Positions 20,092-30,600 of a stretch of DNA of 64,000 bases are shown piece after piece (the stretch's first letter is position 1; each line of letters opens with the position of its first letter). The notes under the pieces were generated by a model. That model saw only the letters and a program-made list of their open reading frames with translations. It made no database searches and was not told where the DNA came from. Position numbers and translations under genes: made by a program. This stretch comes from Verrucomicrobiia bacterium. Its GTDB lineage: Bacteria > Verrucomicrobiota > Verrucomicrobiia > Limisphaerales > UBA11358. The DNA lies in contig DASZXB010000017.1 of the NCBI GenBank assembly GCA_035546095.1, positions 24 to 64,023 of the forward strand, in the 5' to 3' direction.

Positions 20092-20730
20092 TCAGAGCAG
20101 CACCTTCCGAAATTCGGCGCAGGTTTTGGCGATGTCAGGCGAATTGAGAATGGCGGAGACGACGCAGATGCGTTTTGCGCCGGCGGACAAAATATCGCCC
20201 AGAGTTTGCAGATTGATGCCGCCGATGGCGAACCATGGGATTTGCACGTTTTCATTCGCCCAGCGAACGTATTCGAGCGTCACGGGTTTGGCGGTCGGTT
20301 TTGTGCCGGTGGCGAAAATTGGGCCTATGGCGACGTAATCGGCGTTCGCAGTGAGGGCGCGTTGGGCTTGCGTGGGTGCGTGAGTTGAAAGGCCGATTTT
20401 CAGTTGAGAGTTTTTAGTTGAGAGTTGAGAGACACTCGTAAATCCGGCGTCGAAAAAATCTTCCTGCCCCAAGTGGCAAAATTCCGCGCCGAGTTCGCGA
20501 GCGATTTCCAAATAGTCGTTGATGACGAGGCCGACGTTGGCACGGCGGGTGATGGGTAGAATTTTTTCTGCCATACGCCGGATTTCGTCGGGCGAAGAAT
20601 TTTTGGCGCGGAGTTGAATCAAATCGCTGCCACCGTCGCAGAGTTGTTGGGCGACAAGTTCGGGCGCACGGCCATGCAAATAAGCCGTGTCCACAAAGGT
20701 ATAAAGTTTGCAGTCCGTGAGCGGTTTCAC
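20092..20730 (-). CDS. thiE: thiamine-phosphate synthase
   Basis: 212 aa with the patterns LYTFVD...IQLRAK, HLGQED, IGLSTH and ADYVAIGPIFAT typical of ThiE. Confidence 0.9.
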   Translation of the reverse strand: MKPLTDCKLYTFVDTAYLHGRAPELVAQQLCDGGSDLIQLRAKNSSPDEIRRMAEKILPITRRANVGLVINDYLEIARELGAEFCHLGQEDFFDAGFTSVSQLSTKNSQLKIGLSTHAPTQAQRALTANADYVAIGPIFATGTKPTAKPVTLEYVRWANENVQIPWFAIGGINLQTLGDILSAGAKRICVVSAILNSPDIAKTCAEFRKVLL

Positions 20731-20741
20731 CGCGAAAATTT

Positions 20742-20763
20742 AACAGAAGGAAACGAAGGAAAC
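20742..20763 (+). repeat. 22-nt intergenic repeat (aacagaaggaaacgaaggaaac family), copy 2
   Basis: Matches the reverse complement of 2228-2249 at 21 of 22 positions. It is part of an imperfect hairpin filling the thiE-pfk gap. Confidence 0.7.
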
Positions 20764-20808
20764 GGAGAAATAAATTTTTCTTTGTTCTCTCCGTTCGCTC
20801 CTGTGAAA

Positions 20809-22095
20809 TTATTTCACCCCGGCGAGATAGCCGAAGCGCGCCTTGAATTGTTCCGGCGTCACGTTGATGACGGCGGCGAGTTTGCCGAGTTGCTTTTCGT
20901 TCTCGAAATCTTCGCGCTCCAATCGAATCATGTAGGCGAGCGCGCATTCGTAGGCTTCGCCGTCCACGTTGACTTTGCGGTTTTGCATCCGGCCGGTTTT
21001 CGGGTCGAGCATTTTTTCGAAGGGCAACGGATTCATTTTGCCGTCCACGAAGCTGATAATCGCGCCGTATTTTTCGGCTTCGGGCGAAAGGAGAAATTTC
21101 ACCGCCGCGTAGCCGAGGTCGCGCGTGTATTCGGCGTCGAACGGAATCGGGTCGGCGCAGCGCAATTCGTAGCCGAGGTCTTTGTCAATGAACGTCATTT
21201 TGATGCCGAGTTTTTCGAGGCGTTGCGTCAAAAGCTCTTTCATCAAGCGGCCAAATTCGATTTCGCCCAAACGCAAATGGCCGTGGTCGTCGCGGATGAC
21301 TTTGCCGAACCGCTCGATTTGGCCTTCGGGCAACGCGGCGACAATTCCCTTTTCGCCGAGCGATTCAATCAAGCCTTCGGCGAGCACGACCAATCCGTAA
21401 TTCGAGCCTTCGGCCTTGCGTTTGATGATGGAGCCGATGATGGTGTCGCAAACTTCGTCCACGGTGACGGGGCGACCACGAAATTCTTCCGAAATGATTG
21501 AAAGTGTCGCCGCGCTCGCCTTCGCGATGCCCAGCGCGAGATGTCCCGCCGCGCGTCCCATGCTGATGATGAGATACCAACGCGACGTGGTGCGCGCGTC
21601 TTCCATCAGATTGCGGACGAGTTGCACGCCGTAATGCCGCGCGGTCTCGTAACCGAACGTCGGCGTCGAGCCGGGCAACGGCAAATCGTTGTCAATCGTT
21701 TTGGGGACGTGCGCGACTTTGATTTTTCCATTGCTGCGCTTGGCGACCACGCTCGCGGAAAACGCCGTGTCATCGCCGCCGATGGTCACGAGCGAAGTGA
21801 TGCCGAGTTTTTCAAAAACGCCGAAAACATTTTTCATCTGCTCCTCGGATTTCGTCGGATTCGTGCGCGCTGTGCCGAGAATCGAGCCGCCCTTGATGTG
21901 AATATCCTTCACGTCGCGGATGGCCAGCGGTTTGATTTGCGTCGTGTCGCCCGCCGCGAGATATTTGAAACCGTCGCGGAAACCGATGACATCAAATCCC
22001 TGATTGATGCCTTCAATCGTCGCCGCCGCGATGACGCCGTTCAAGCCGGGCGCGGGACCGCCGCCCACCAAAATTCCAAGTCTGCCTTTGCTCAT
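20809..22095 (-). CDS. pfp: 6-phosphofructokinase, probably pyrophosphate-dependent
   Basis: GGGPAPGLNGVI, TIGGDDT and PKTIDNDL motifs. GGDDT and the Lys in PKTIDND are the variants associated with PPi-dependent enzymes. Confidence 0.85.
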   Translation of the reverse strand: MSKGRLGILVGGGPAPGLNGVIAAATIEGINQGFDVIGFRDGFKYLAAGDTTQIKPLAIRDVKDIHIKGGSILGTARTNPTKSEEQMKNVFGVFEKLGITSLVTIGGDDTAFSASVVAKRSNGKIKVAHVPKTIDNDLPLPGSTPTFGYETARHYGVQLVRNLMEDARTTSRWYLIISMGRAAGHLALGIAKASAATLSIISEEFRGRPVTVDEVCDTIIGSIIKRKAEGSNYGLVVLAEGLIESLGEKGIVAALPEGQIERFGKVIRDDHGHLRLGEIEFGRLMKELLTQRLEKLGIKMTFIDKDLGYELRCADPIPFDAEYTRDLGYAAVKFLLSPEAEKYGAIISFVDGKMNPLPFEKMLDPKTGRMQNRKVNVDGEAYECALAYMIRLEREDFENEKQLGKLAAVINVTPEQFKARFGYLAGVK

Positions 22096-22203
22096 GTGAT
22101 GAATTGATGAATTTTGCGTTTCGCCATTTTGACGGAACGTTTCATCAGCCTACGCACAATCCGGGAAAAATTTCAATTCCATTCTTGCCGCGACAAATTC
22201 ACA

Positions 22204-22773
22204 ATGCGCGAAATGAACCGGGCTGTTTTCCTTGACCGCGACGGGACGATGATTGTCGAAAAAAATTATCTGCACCGTCCCGAAGATGTGGACATTTTTC
22301 CGGCAACGCGCGTTGGTTTGAAAAAACTCTGCGCCGCCGGATTCAAATTGTTCATCGTCTCCAATCAATCCGGCGTTGGGCGCGGTTATTTCACGCTTGA
22401 GGATGTGGACAAAGTGAATCAGCATTTGTGTGCCGAACTCGCGCGCGCCGGCGTGCGTTTTGAAAATATTTACATCGCACCCGAAGCGCCCGACCAGCCG
22501 AGTCGCGGACGCAAACCGTCGCCGCAATTTTTATTCGACGCGCGCGACGAATTTGATTTGGACTTGTCGCAAAGTTTTTTCATCGGCGACAAATTGAGCG
22601 ACTTGGAATGTGGCTGGAACGCGGGCGTCAAAAAAAGCATTCTTGTCCGCACCGGCTACGGCGCGGAATTGGAACGCGAATTGAAAAACAAATTCGCCGC
22701 CAATTTTGGTGAGGCTATTGTCATGGACAATTTGAATGAAGCGGGAAATTGGATTTTGAATTATGGGAGATGA
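22204..22773 (+). CDS. gmhB: D-glycero-D-manno-heptose 1,7-bisphosphate phosphatase (HAD-IIIA)
   Basis: FLDRDGT, SNQSGVGRGYF and FIGDKLSDLECG motifs. I chose the ATG at 22204. Confidence 0.8.
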   Translation: MREMNRAVFLDRDGTMIVEKNYLHRPEDVDIFPATRVGLKKLCAAGFKLFIVSNQSGVGRGYFTLEDVDKVNQHLCAELARAGVRFENIYIAPEAPDQPSRGRKPSPQFLFDARDEFDLDLSQSFFIGDKLSDLECGWNAGVKKSILVRTGYGAELERELKNKFAANFGEAIVMDNLNEAGNWILNYGR

Positions 22774-23080
22774 ATATATTGCAAATTTAGATGATGATAA
22801 AAAGTTGCCGTTAGACAAAATTGCAAACGCACTTTGTTTCACAAATCGTTACGTTCTGGTGGAGTGTTCAATGGGGGCAATAGCTCTCCGTTCTTCTCAG
22901 AGAGAATGGCAACCCGGTGATCCTGATTGTTGGCCTGAAGATTTTCGACTTTGTTATGATGATGGCAAATTACTTTTGACGATTCATGGCTCAACGCGGC
23001 AGGAACGAACGGAAATTATTCATGACATTCAATCGGTTTTTAACAATCAAAATATATTACTTACTTTTGAAGAGATTTGA
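22763..23080 (+). CDS. hypothetical protein
   Basis: 105-aa ORF, AT-richer than its neighbours, overlapping the gmhB stop by 11 nt. No recognisable family. Confidence 0.4.
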   Translation: MGDEYIANLDDDKKLPLDKIANALCFTNRYVLVECSMGAIALRSSQREWQPGDPDCWPEDFRLCYDDGKLLLTIHGSTRQERTEIIHDIQSVFNNQNILLTFEEI

Positions 23081-23094
23081 AAAATAGATAGCTT

Positions 23095-24936
23095 ATGTGC
23101 GGCATCATCGGATACGTCGGCAAAAAATCGGCATCGCCAATCCTGCTCGAAGGATTGCGGCGGCTGGAATATCGCGGCTACGACAGCGCGGGCATCGCCA
23201 TTTTGCAGGAAGCGGATTTGCTCATCCGCAAAAAAAAGGGAAAAATTGACAGCGGCCTCGCCACCGTTTTGCAAACCAATCCCATCGCCGGAAATCTCGG
23301 CATCGGCCACACGCGCTGGGCTACGCACGGAATTCCTTCGGACAAAAATTGCCATCCGCATTTTGACCAATCCGAAAAAATCGCCGTCGTTCACAACGGC
23401 GTCATCGAAAATTACGACGCGCTCAAGGAAAAATTGCTGCGCGCCGGCCACAAATTCAAATCCGACACCGACACGGAAGTTTTGGCACATTTGATTGGCG
23501 ACTTTTATCAAAACCAGCGCATGAAAAATTTGACACAAGCCGTTTCCGACGCACTGCGTGAAGTAATCGGCACTTACGGACTGGCCGTCATTTGCGCGGA
23601 CGAGCCGGATAAAATTGTCGGCGCGCGCCGTGGCTCGCCGCTGATTATCGGCATCGGCAAAGGTGAAAATTTTTTGGCCAGCGACGCCAACGCCATTGTC
23701 GCACACACGAAACGCGTCGTTTATTTGAACGATTACGACGTGGCCACAATTACAGCGGAACGTTTTGACGTTTTGAATCTCGGAACGGAAACCGCAAAAA
23801 TCCAAATCAGCGAACTGGAATTTTCGCAGGAAGACGCCGTGCGCGGCGAACACGCGCATTTCATGCTCAAGGAAATTTTCGAGCAGCCACGCACGATTGA
23901 AAACGCGCTGCGCGGTCGCGTGGATTTGAAAAATGCGACGGCGAAATTCGGCGGCCTGAATTTGAGCGAAAAGGAATTGCGCGAAATTGACCGAATCATC
24001 ATCGCCGCCAGCGGCACGAGCTGGCACGCGGCGCTCGTCGGCGAGTATTTGATTGAAGAATTCGCGCAGATTCCGGTGGAAGTCGAATTCGCGCACGAAT
24101 TTTGTTATCGCAACGCGCCGCTCGAAAAAAACACCGTGCTGCTCGTGCTCTCGCAATCCGGCGAAACGGCGGACACGCTCGCCGCGTTGCGCGAGGCCAA
24201 ACGGCGCGGCCACAAAGCGCTGGCGATTGTCAACGTCGTCGGCAGCACGATTGCGCGCGAAGCCGACGGCGGCATTTACATGCACGCCGGCCCGGAAATT
24301 GGCGTCGCCTCGACCAAGGCATTTGTTTCGACGCTGACCGTTTTGACGCTGCTGGCAATTCATCTTGGCCGGATGCGAAATCTTTCCGCGAACCGCGCGA
24401 CGGAAATTTTGCGCGCACTGGAAAAATTGCCCGAACAAATCGAAAAAATTCTCACGCAAAATGATTCGCTGAAAAAAATCGCGAATAAATACGCGCGCGC
24501 CGACGATTTCTTTTTTCTCGGCCGCGGCTACACCTTTCCGATTGCGCTCGAAGGCGCGCTCAAGTTGAAGGAAATTTCCTACATTCACGCCGAAGGTTAT
24601 TCGGCGGCGGAAATGAAACACGGGCCGATTGCGTTGATTGACAAAAAAACGCCGACGGTTTTTCTCGTGCCGGAAGATGCGATGCGCGAAAAAACGCTGG
24701 CAAATCTGGCGATGATTCGCGCGCGCAAAGGTCCCATCATCGCGCTGGCGACAGAAGGCGACGCGCCAATCAAAAGAGTCGCGGACGACGTGATTTATTT
24801 GCCGAAAACCATCGAGCCTTTGAATCCGATTCTGGCGAGCGTGCCGTTGCAATTGTTCGCCTATCACATCGCCGTCGCGCGCGGCTGCGACGTGGACAAG
24901 CCGCGTAATTTAGCGAAGAGTGTGACGGTGGAATAA
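23095..24936 (+). CDS. glmS: glutamine--fructose-6-phosphate aminotransferase
   Basis: MCGIIGYVG N-terminal nucleophile, two SIS domains and a C-terminal KSVTVE. Confidence 0.95.
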   Translation: MCGIIGYVGKKSASPILLEGLRRLEYRGYDSAGIAILQEADLLIRKKKGKIDSGLATVLQTNPIAGNLGIGHTRWATHGIPSDKNCHPHFDQSEKIAVVHNGVIENYDALKEKLLRAGHKFKSDTDTEVLAHLIGDFYQNQRMKNLTQAVSDALREVIGTYGLAVICADEPDKIVGARRGSPLIIGIGKGENFLASDANAIVAHTKRVVYLNDYDVATITAERFDVLNLGTETAKIQISELEFSQEDAVRGEHAHFMLKEIFEQPRTIENALRGRVDLKNATAKFGGLNLSEKELREIDRIIIAASGTSWHAALVGEYLIEEFAQIPVEVEFAHEFCYRNAPLEKNTVLLVLSQSGETADTLAALREAKRRGHKALAIVNVVGSTIAREADGGIYMHAGPEIGVASTKAFVSTLTVLTLLAIHLGRMRNLSANRATEILRALEKLPEQIEKILTQNDSLKKIANKYARADDFFFLGRGYTFPIALEGALKLKEISYIHAEGYSAAEMKHGPIALIDKKTPTVFLVPEDAMREKTLANLAMIRARKGPIIALATEGDAPIKRVADDVIYLPKTIEPLNPILASVPLQLFAYHIAVARGCDVDKPRNLAKSVTVE

Positions 24937-24976
24937 TTATTTCTTCCGCACGTAATCTATGGCTTAATTAAGCCCC

Positions 24977-25717
24977 GTGAAAGTCATTGGAATTATTCCC
25001 GCGCGATTTGCCTCAACGCGATTTCCCGGCAAACCGCTCGCGCTCATCGCGGGCAAGCCGCTCATCCAGCGCGTCGTCGAGCAATGCCAAAAAGCCAAGT
25101 CGCTTTCGGAAATTATCGTGGCGACAGATGACGAACGGATTTTCAACGCGGCGAAAAAATTTTGCCGAACGGAAATGACGGCGGCAAATCATCCAAGTGG
25201 TTCAGATCGGATTGCCGAAGTTGCCGAAAAAAATATGTGCGATGCTGTTGTGAACATTCAAGGCGACGAGTCACTGATTGAGCCAAGCGTGATTGATTCC
25301 GTCGCAAATGCGTTGGCCGATTGCGAAATATCCACTGCCGTGACGCGAATCAAAAATATTTCCGAACTGGACAATCCAAACATCGTGAAAGTGGTTGTCA
25401 ATGCCGCCGGTCGCGCGTTATATTTTTCGCGGCGTACGATTCCGTATCTGCGCGAGGCCGCCAGTCGTTCGATGAATGAACAGTTGGCGGCGTTTCCTTT
25501 TTTGAAACACCTCGGCATTTACGGTTACCGGCGCGAAACGCTGTTGCGGCTGGTGAAGTTTCCTGTGTCGCCGCTCGAAAACGCGGAAAAGCTGGAGCAA
25601 TTGCGCGCGCTGGAAAACGGCATTCAAATCGCCGTCGTCAAAACAGATTACGACAGCGTGGGTGTGGATGCGCCGGAAGATGTGGCGCGAGTTGAGAAGA
25701 TTTTGAACCACGGATAA
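24977..25717 (+). CDS. kdsB: 3-deoxy-manno-octulosonate cytidylyltransferase
   Basis: IIPARFASTRFPGKPL, NIQGDE and GIYGYR motifs. GTG start. Confidence 0.9.
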   Translation: MKVIGIIPARFASTRFPGKPLALIAGKPLIQRVVEQCQKAKSLSEIIVATDDERIFNAAKKFCRTEMTAANHPSGSDRIAEVAEKNMCDAVVNIQGDESLIEPSVIDSVANALADCEISTAVTRIKNISELDNPNIVKVVVNAAGRALYFSRRTIPYLREAASRSMNEQLAAFPFLKHLGIYGYRRETLLRLVKFPVSPLENAEKLEQLRALENGIQIAVVKTDYDSVGVDAPEDVARVEKILNHG

Positions 25718-25862
25718 ACACAGATGGACACGGATTAACACGGATAAAAATCAAAAACCTTTTGACGCGAATTCCGCCAATTAACGCAAATGAAAATCAA
25801 TTAGCGAAAATTTGCGAAATTCGCGTCAAACAAAATCCGTGTTCATCTGTGTTTATCCGTGG
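25708..25862. repeat. nested palindromic element between kdsB and pyrG
   Basis: The outer 29-nt arms (25708-25736 and 25834-25862) are complementary at 28 of 29 positions. The inner 13-bp arms tttgacgcgaatt (25761-25773) / aattcgcgtcaaa (25818-25830) are perfect. Confidence 0.85.
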
Positions 25863-25884
25863 TTGAAAACAATTTTAATTTGAA

Positions 25885-27494
<1,610 letters not shown>

Positions 27495-27498
<4 letters not shown>

Positions 27499-28031
27499 AT
27501 TTTCTCGCCGACATCCACCATGAAGCCGCGCAACGAAAACTGCGGTATCTGGTGATTGGCGGACTGGCGGTGAATTATTACGGTTATTCGCGCGACACCG
27601 CCGACTTGGATTTTTTCATCAGTCAAAGTGAACGCGCTGAATGGATGAAAATGCTCGCGGATTTTGGGTATGCAGGTTATCACGACGGCGGCAATTTTAT
27701 CCAATATGCCGCGCTGGATCAAAATGCGTGGCCGGTGGATTTGATGCTGGTTCAGGAAAAAACATTTGCGCCGATTTTTGACGCGAGTTGCGCCGCAGAA
27801 TTTTTTGGAATTGAAACCAAAGTTCCGTCGCTGGAACACCTGATTGCCCTGAAATTGCACGCCTTAAAAAACACGCGGATGAACCGCTTCCTGAAAGATT
27901 TTTTGGACGTGGAAAATTTGATTTTTATCAACCAACTTGATATAAAATCGCCAAAAATGCGCGATTTGTTCGACAAATACGGCACGCAAGATTTGTATGA
28001 AAAAATATCCCGTTCACTCACCGACGGTTGA
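27495..28031 (+). CDS. putative nucleotidyltransferase-fold protein
   Basis: [20 protein letters not shown] resembles the Pol-beta-type NTase motif (G[GS]-x9-13-DxD), followed by a helical C-terminal region. The GTG start overlaps the pyrG stop (GTGA). Confidence 0.5.
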
Positions 28032-28212
28032 CCAACTGCGCGATGCGCCGCTGGAATTTCCTGTTGCGCCGGATTTTGTTTCGCGTCCGCCACGAGTCGA
28101 GTTGCAAGCCATGCTCAAACGGATTGAACAAAATATGCCGTGGCGAAATCGTCGTCCCGGTGAAGCGGAGCGCCGGCTGGCGGAAAAAATTCCGGTCGAA
28201 TTTGTGCTTTAA
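27997..28212 (+). CDS. hypothetical small protein
   Basis: 71-aa ORF overlapping the NTase-like gene by 35 nt and ending 4 nt before the proposed folC start. No motif, so coding status is uncertain. Confidence 0.25.
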   Translation: MKKYPVHSPTVDQLRDAPLEFPVAPDFVSRPPRVELQAMLKRIEQNMPWRNRRPGEAERRLAEKIPVEFVL

Positions 28213-28216
28213 TTCG

Positions 28217-29587
28217 GTGACTTACTCCGAAGCCATTCAATTTCTTTACAGCTTGCGTTTATTTGGCGCGAAGTTTGGATTGGAAAACACGTTCAGACTC
28301 GTCGCGCTCGCGGGCAATCCGCAGGAAAAATTGCGCTTCATCCACGTCGCTGGCACGAACGGCAAAGGTTCGACGTGCGCGATGCTCGAAAGTATTTATC
28401 GCGCCGCCGGATTGCGCATCGGACTTTTCACCTCGCCGCATTTGGTTTCTTTTCGTGAACGAATTCAAGTCAATCGCCAGTTGATTTCGGAAAAGGATGT
28501 CATGCGGCTGGTTGAAAAATTGCGCGGCCTTCAAAGTAGAGCAGGCTTCCAGCCTGCTCCCGACAGGCAAGATGCCTGTCCTACTTTCTTTGAATTCGTC
28601 ACCGTCATGGCCTTGAAATTTTTCGCCGAACAAAAATGCGATTTGGTGATTTGGGAAACCGGCCTTGGTGGAAGATTGGACGCGACCAACATCGTCACGC
28701 CGCTTGCCAGCGTCATCACGAACATTTCCTTTGACCATCAGCAATGGCTCGGCGAGGCGTTGGAAAAAATCGCGTTTGAAAAGGCGGGCATCATCAAGCC
28801 GCAAATTCCCGTTGTCACCGCCGTTGATGGACCAGAAGCATCTGCGGTCATTGAAAAAGTTGCGCGTGAAAAAAATGCGCCGCTGACTAAAGTAGGACAG
28901 GTTTCCAGCCCGTCTCCATTTGAAAAATCAAAAACAGGCAAGATGCCTGTCCTACGACTATTGGGCGAACACCAAAAGCAAAACGCGGCACTGGCTTTGG
29001 AGGTTGTTGACGTTTTACAAAAGCAAATTCCGGTTTCACAAAAACAAATCGAAGCCGGCTTGAAAAATGTGAATTGGCAGGGGCGGTTGCAGTTGATTGA
29101 AAAAAACGGACAAAAAATTTTGCTCGACGGTGCGCACAATGTCGCGGGTGCAAAAGTGTTGCGCGAGGCGATTGAAAACCGGGAGGGATGGCGAGCCGCC
29201 GTCCCTGACAAATTTAGATCGCCGACACGGCGACCCTCCCAAATTACATTGATTCTGGGAATTCTTCAGGACAAAGATTGGCGGCGCATTTGTGAAATTC
29301 TCGCGCCGCTGGCGGAACAAATTTTTTGCGCCCCCGTTGCAAGCGAACGCGCGGCGAATCCAGACGAATTGGCGGAAGCCTGCCGCCAGATCAATCCACG
29401 CGCAGAAATTTTTGCGTGCAGTTCGTTGGCGGAAGCAATGCAAAAAATCTCTGCCGAAAATTTTATCATCGTCACCGGCTCGCTTTATCTCGTCGGCGAG
29501 GCGTTGGAAATACTTGGCCTTTCGCCGGCGGGTGAAAGCGAGCGCGCATTGAATGAGTGGGGAACGAAACCGGAAATTTTGAAATAA
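28217..29587 (+). CDS. folC: bifunctional folylpolyglutamate synthase / dihydrofolate synthase
   Basis: HVAGTNGKGST P-loop and Mur-ligase-type middle and C-terminal domains. I propose GTG 28217 as the start. It contains three in-frame hairpin elements. Confidence 0.85.
   Translation: MTYSEAIQFLYSLRLFGAKFGLENTFRLVALAGNPQEKLRFIHVAGTNGKGSTCAMLESIYRAAGLRIGLFTSPHLVSFRERIQVNRQLISEKDVMRLVEKLRGLQSRAGFQPAPDRQDACPTFFEFVTVMALKFFAEQKCDLVIWETGLGGRLDATNIVTPLASVITNISFDHQQWLGEALEKIAFEKAGIIKPQIPVVTAVDGPEASAVIEKVAREKNAPLTKVGQVSSPSPFEKSKTGKMPVLRLLGEHQKQNAALALEVVDVLQKQIPVSQKQIEAGLKNVNWQGRLQLIEKNGQKILLDGAHNVAGAKVLREAIENREGWRAAVPDKFRSPTRRPSQITLILGILQDKDWRRICEILAPLAEQIFCAPVASERAANPDELAEACRQINPRAEIFACSSLAEAMQKISAENFIIVTGSLYLVGEALEILGLSPAGESERALNEWGTKPEILK
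28533..28587. repeat. double-hairpin mini-element inside folC, copy 1
   Basis: gagcaggc/gcctgctc (28539-28559) and gacaggca/tgcctgtc (28562-28580) hairpins are enclosed by aagtag/ctactt. Translated in frame as SRAGFQPAPDRQDACPTF. Confidence 0.8.
28889..28955. repeat. double-hairpin mini-element inside folC, copy 2
   Basis: gtaggacagg (28892-28901) pairs perfectly with cctgtcctac (28946-28955). It contains the same acaggcaagatgcctgt hairpin as copy 1. Confidence 0.8.
29181..29240. repeat. inverted-repeat mini-element inside folC (gggaggg...ccctccc)
   Basis: gggagggatggcgagccgcc and gccgacacggcgaccctccc are imperfect inverted complements. Translated in frame as REGWRAAVPDKFRSPTRRPSQ. Confidence 0.65.
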
Positions 29588-29667
29588 GCTGCGGGCACTT
29601 TCGCGCAAAGCCGCGCTTATACTTGATTAAGTTTATTGACGCTGGCCAGAGGTCATTACTAGATTTA

Positions 29668-30501
29668 ATGAGTATGGCCTACGCAGACACGCTTCCCAAA
29701 CAACGTCCGTTCGGCGTCACGTCGCGTCCCGACAACTGGTGGCTGCAGCCGCTCGCGGTTTTTCTCGGCTTCTCCGCGTTCATCGTTTATTCGACGTGGG
29801 CGGCGTTTCATCCGCTTTATCACGGCAACTGCGCCTACTGGTTCGGCGGCAACGGCGCGAATTATCTCTCGCCGTTTTTCTCGCCGGAAATCTTCGGCTA
29901 CTCGCCGCACGCACTGCTGGGCGGCAAACCGAGTTGGTGGCCGTCGTTCCTGATTTTTTCGCCCGCGTTTTTGGTGCTGTGGGCGCCGGGCGGATTTCGT
30001 TTCACCTGCTACTATTATCGCGGCGCGTATTACAAGGCGTTCTGGGCCGACCCGTTGAACTGCGCCGTGGGCGAGCCGCGCAAAATTTATTGGGGCGAAC
30101 GGTATTTGCCGCTGATCCTGCAGAACATTCATCGTTACTTTTTTTATCTCGCCGCGCTGTTCATCGTGCTGCTCGCGCATGACGCGTGGAAGGCGATGTG
30201 GTTTACGGACATGACCGGCGTGAAACATTTCGGCGTCGGCGTGGGCACGATTGTGCTGACGTTGAACGCGATTTTTCTCGCGCTTTACACGTTCGGCTGT
30301 CACTCGCTGCGGCATCTCATCGGCGGCTTTTTGGATTCCAAATCGAAAGCGCCGTCGTGCGCGAAGGCTTACAACTGCGTCAGTTGCCTGAACAAAAAGC
30401 ACATGAATTGGGCGTGGGTGAGTTTGTTCTGGGTCGGGTTCACGGACGTTTATGTGCGGCTGTGCGCGATGGGGATTTGGCACGATTGGAGAATTTTTTG
30501 A
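29668..30501 (+). CDS. sdhC: succinate dehydrogenase / fumarate reductase membrane anchor (single cytochrome-b-type subunit)
   Basis: ~277-aa polytopic protein with several conserved-looking His residues, immediately upstream of sdhA and sdhB on the same strand. The assignment rests mainly on context. Confidence 0.6.
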   Translation: MSMAYADTLPKQRPFGVTSRPDNWWLQPLAVFLGFSAFIVYSTWAAFHPLYHGNCAYWFGGNGANYLSPFFSPEIFGYSPHALLGGKPSWWPSFLIFSPAFLVLWAPGGFRFTCYYYRGAYYKAFWADPLNCAVGEPRKIYWGERYLPLILQNIHRYFFYLAALFIVLLAHDAWKAMWFTDMTGVKHFGVGVGTIVLTLNAIFLALYTFGCHSLRHLIGGFLDSKSKAPSCAKAYNCVSCLNKKHMNWAWVSLFWVGFTDVYVRLCAMGIWHDWRIF

Positions 30502-30518
30502 CAAAACAAAACGTAATG

Positions 30519-30592
30519 CGTTGAAGAGATAAAGCGTTGAAGCGGAAGAAATTTGTGCGAGTAAAACACTTTAACCCTTTATCGCTTCAACG
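30519..30592. repeat. intergenic hairpin element (cgttgaagcg family)
   Basis: cgttgaagagataaag (30519-30534) versus ctttatcgcttcaacg (30577-30592) are complementary at 14 of 16 positions. It shares the cgttgaagcg core with the element at 5686. Confidence 0.7.
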
Positions 30593-30600
30593 AAAATTAA

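Noticed and set aside
19981-20388. 135-aa ORF on the plus strand downstream of the transglutaminase-like gene.
   Set aside because: It overlaps thiE, which has clear ThiE motifs on the minus strand, for most of its length. It is a shadow ORF.
20395-20440. The ttgagag-rich tandem-like sequence inside thiE (translated SQLSTKNSQLK), considered as another in-frame repeat insertion.
   Set aside because: The distance between the HLGQED and IGLSTH motifs is only about 3 residues longer than in typical ThiE proteins. There is therefore no clear insertion, and it may just be a compositionally odd native loop.
20731-20808. Possible TPP riboswitch upstream of thiE.
   Set aside because: The 78-nt thiE-pfk gap is occupied by the aacagaaggaaacgaaggaaac repeat hairpin. 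It lacks the CUGAGA/ACCUGA TPP core and is too short.
23081-23094. Possible glmS ribozyme upstream of glmS.
   Set aside because: Only 14 nt separate the preceding ORF from the glmS ATG. There is no room for the ~170-nt ribozyme, and I saw no conserved core.
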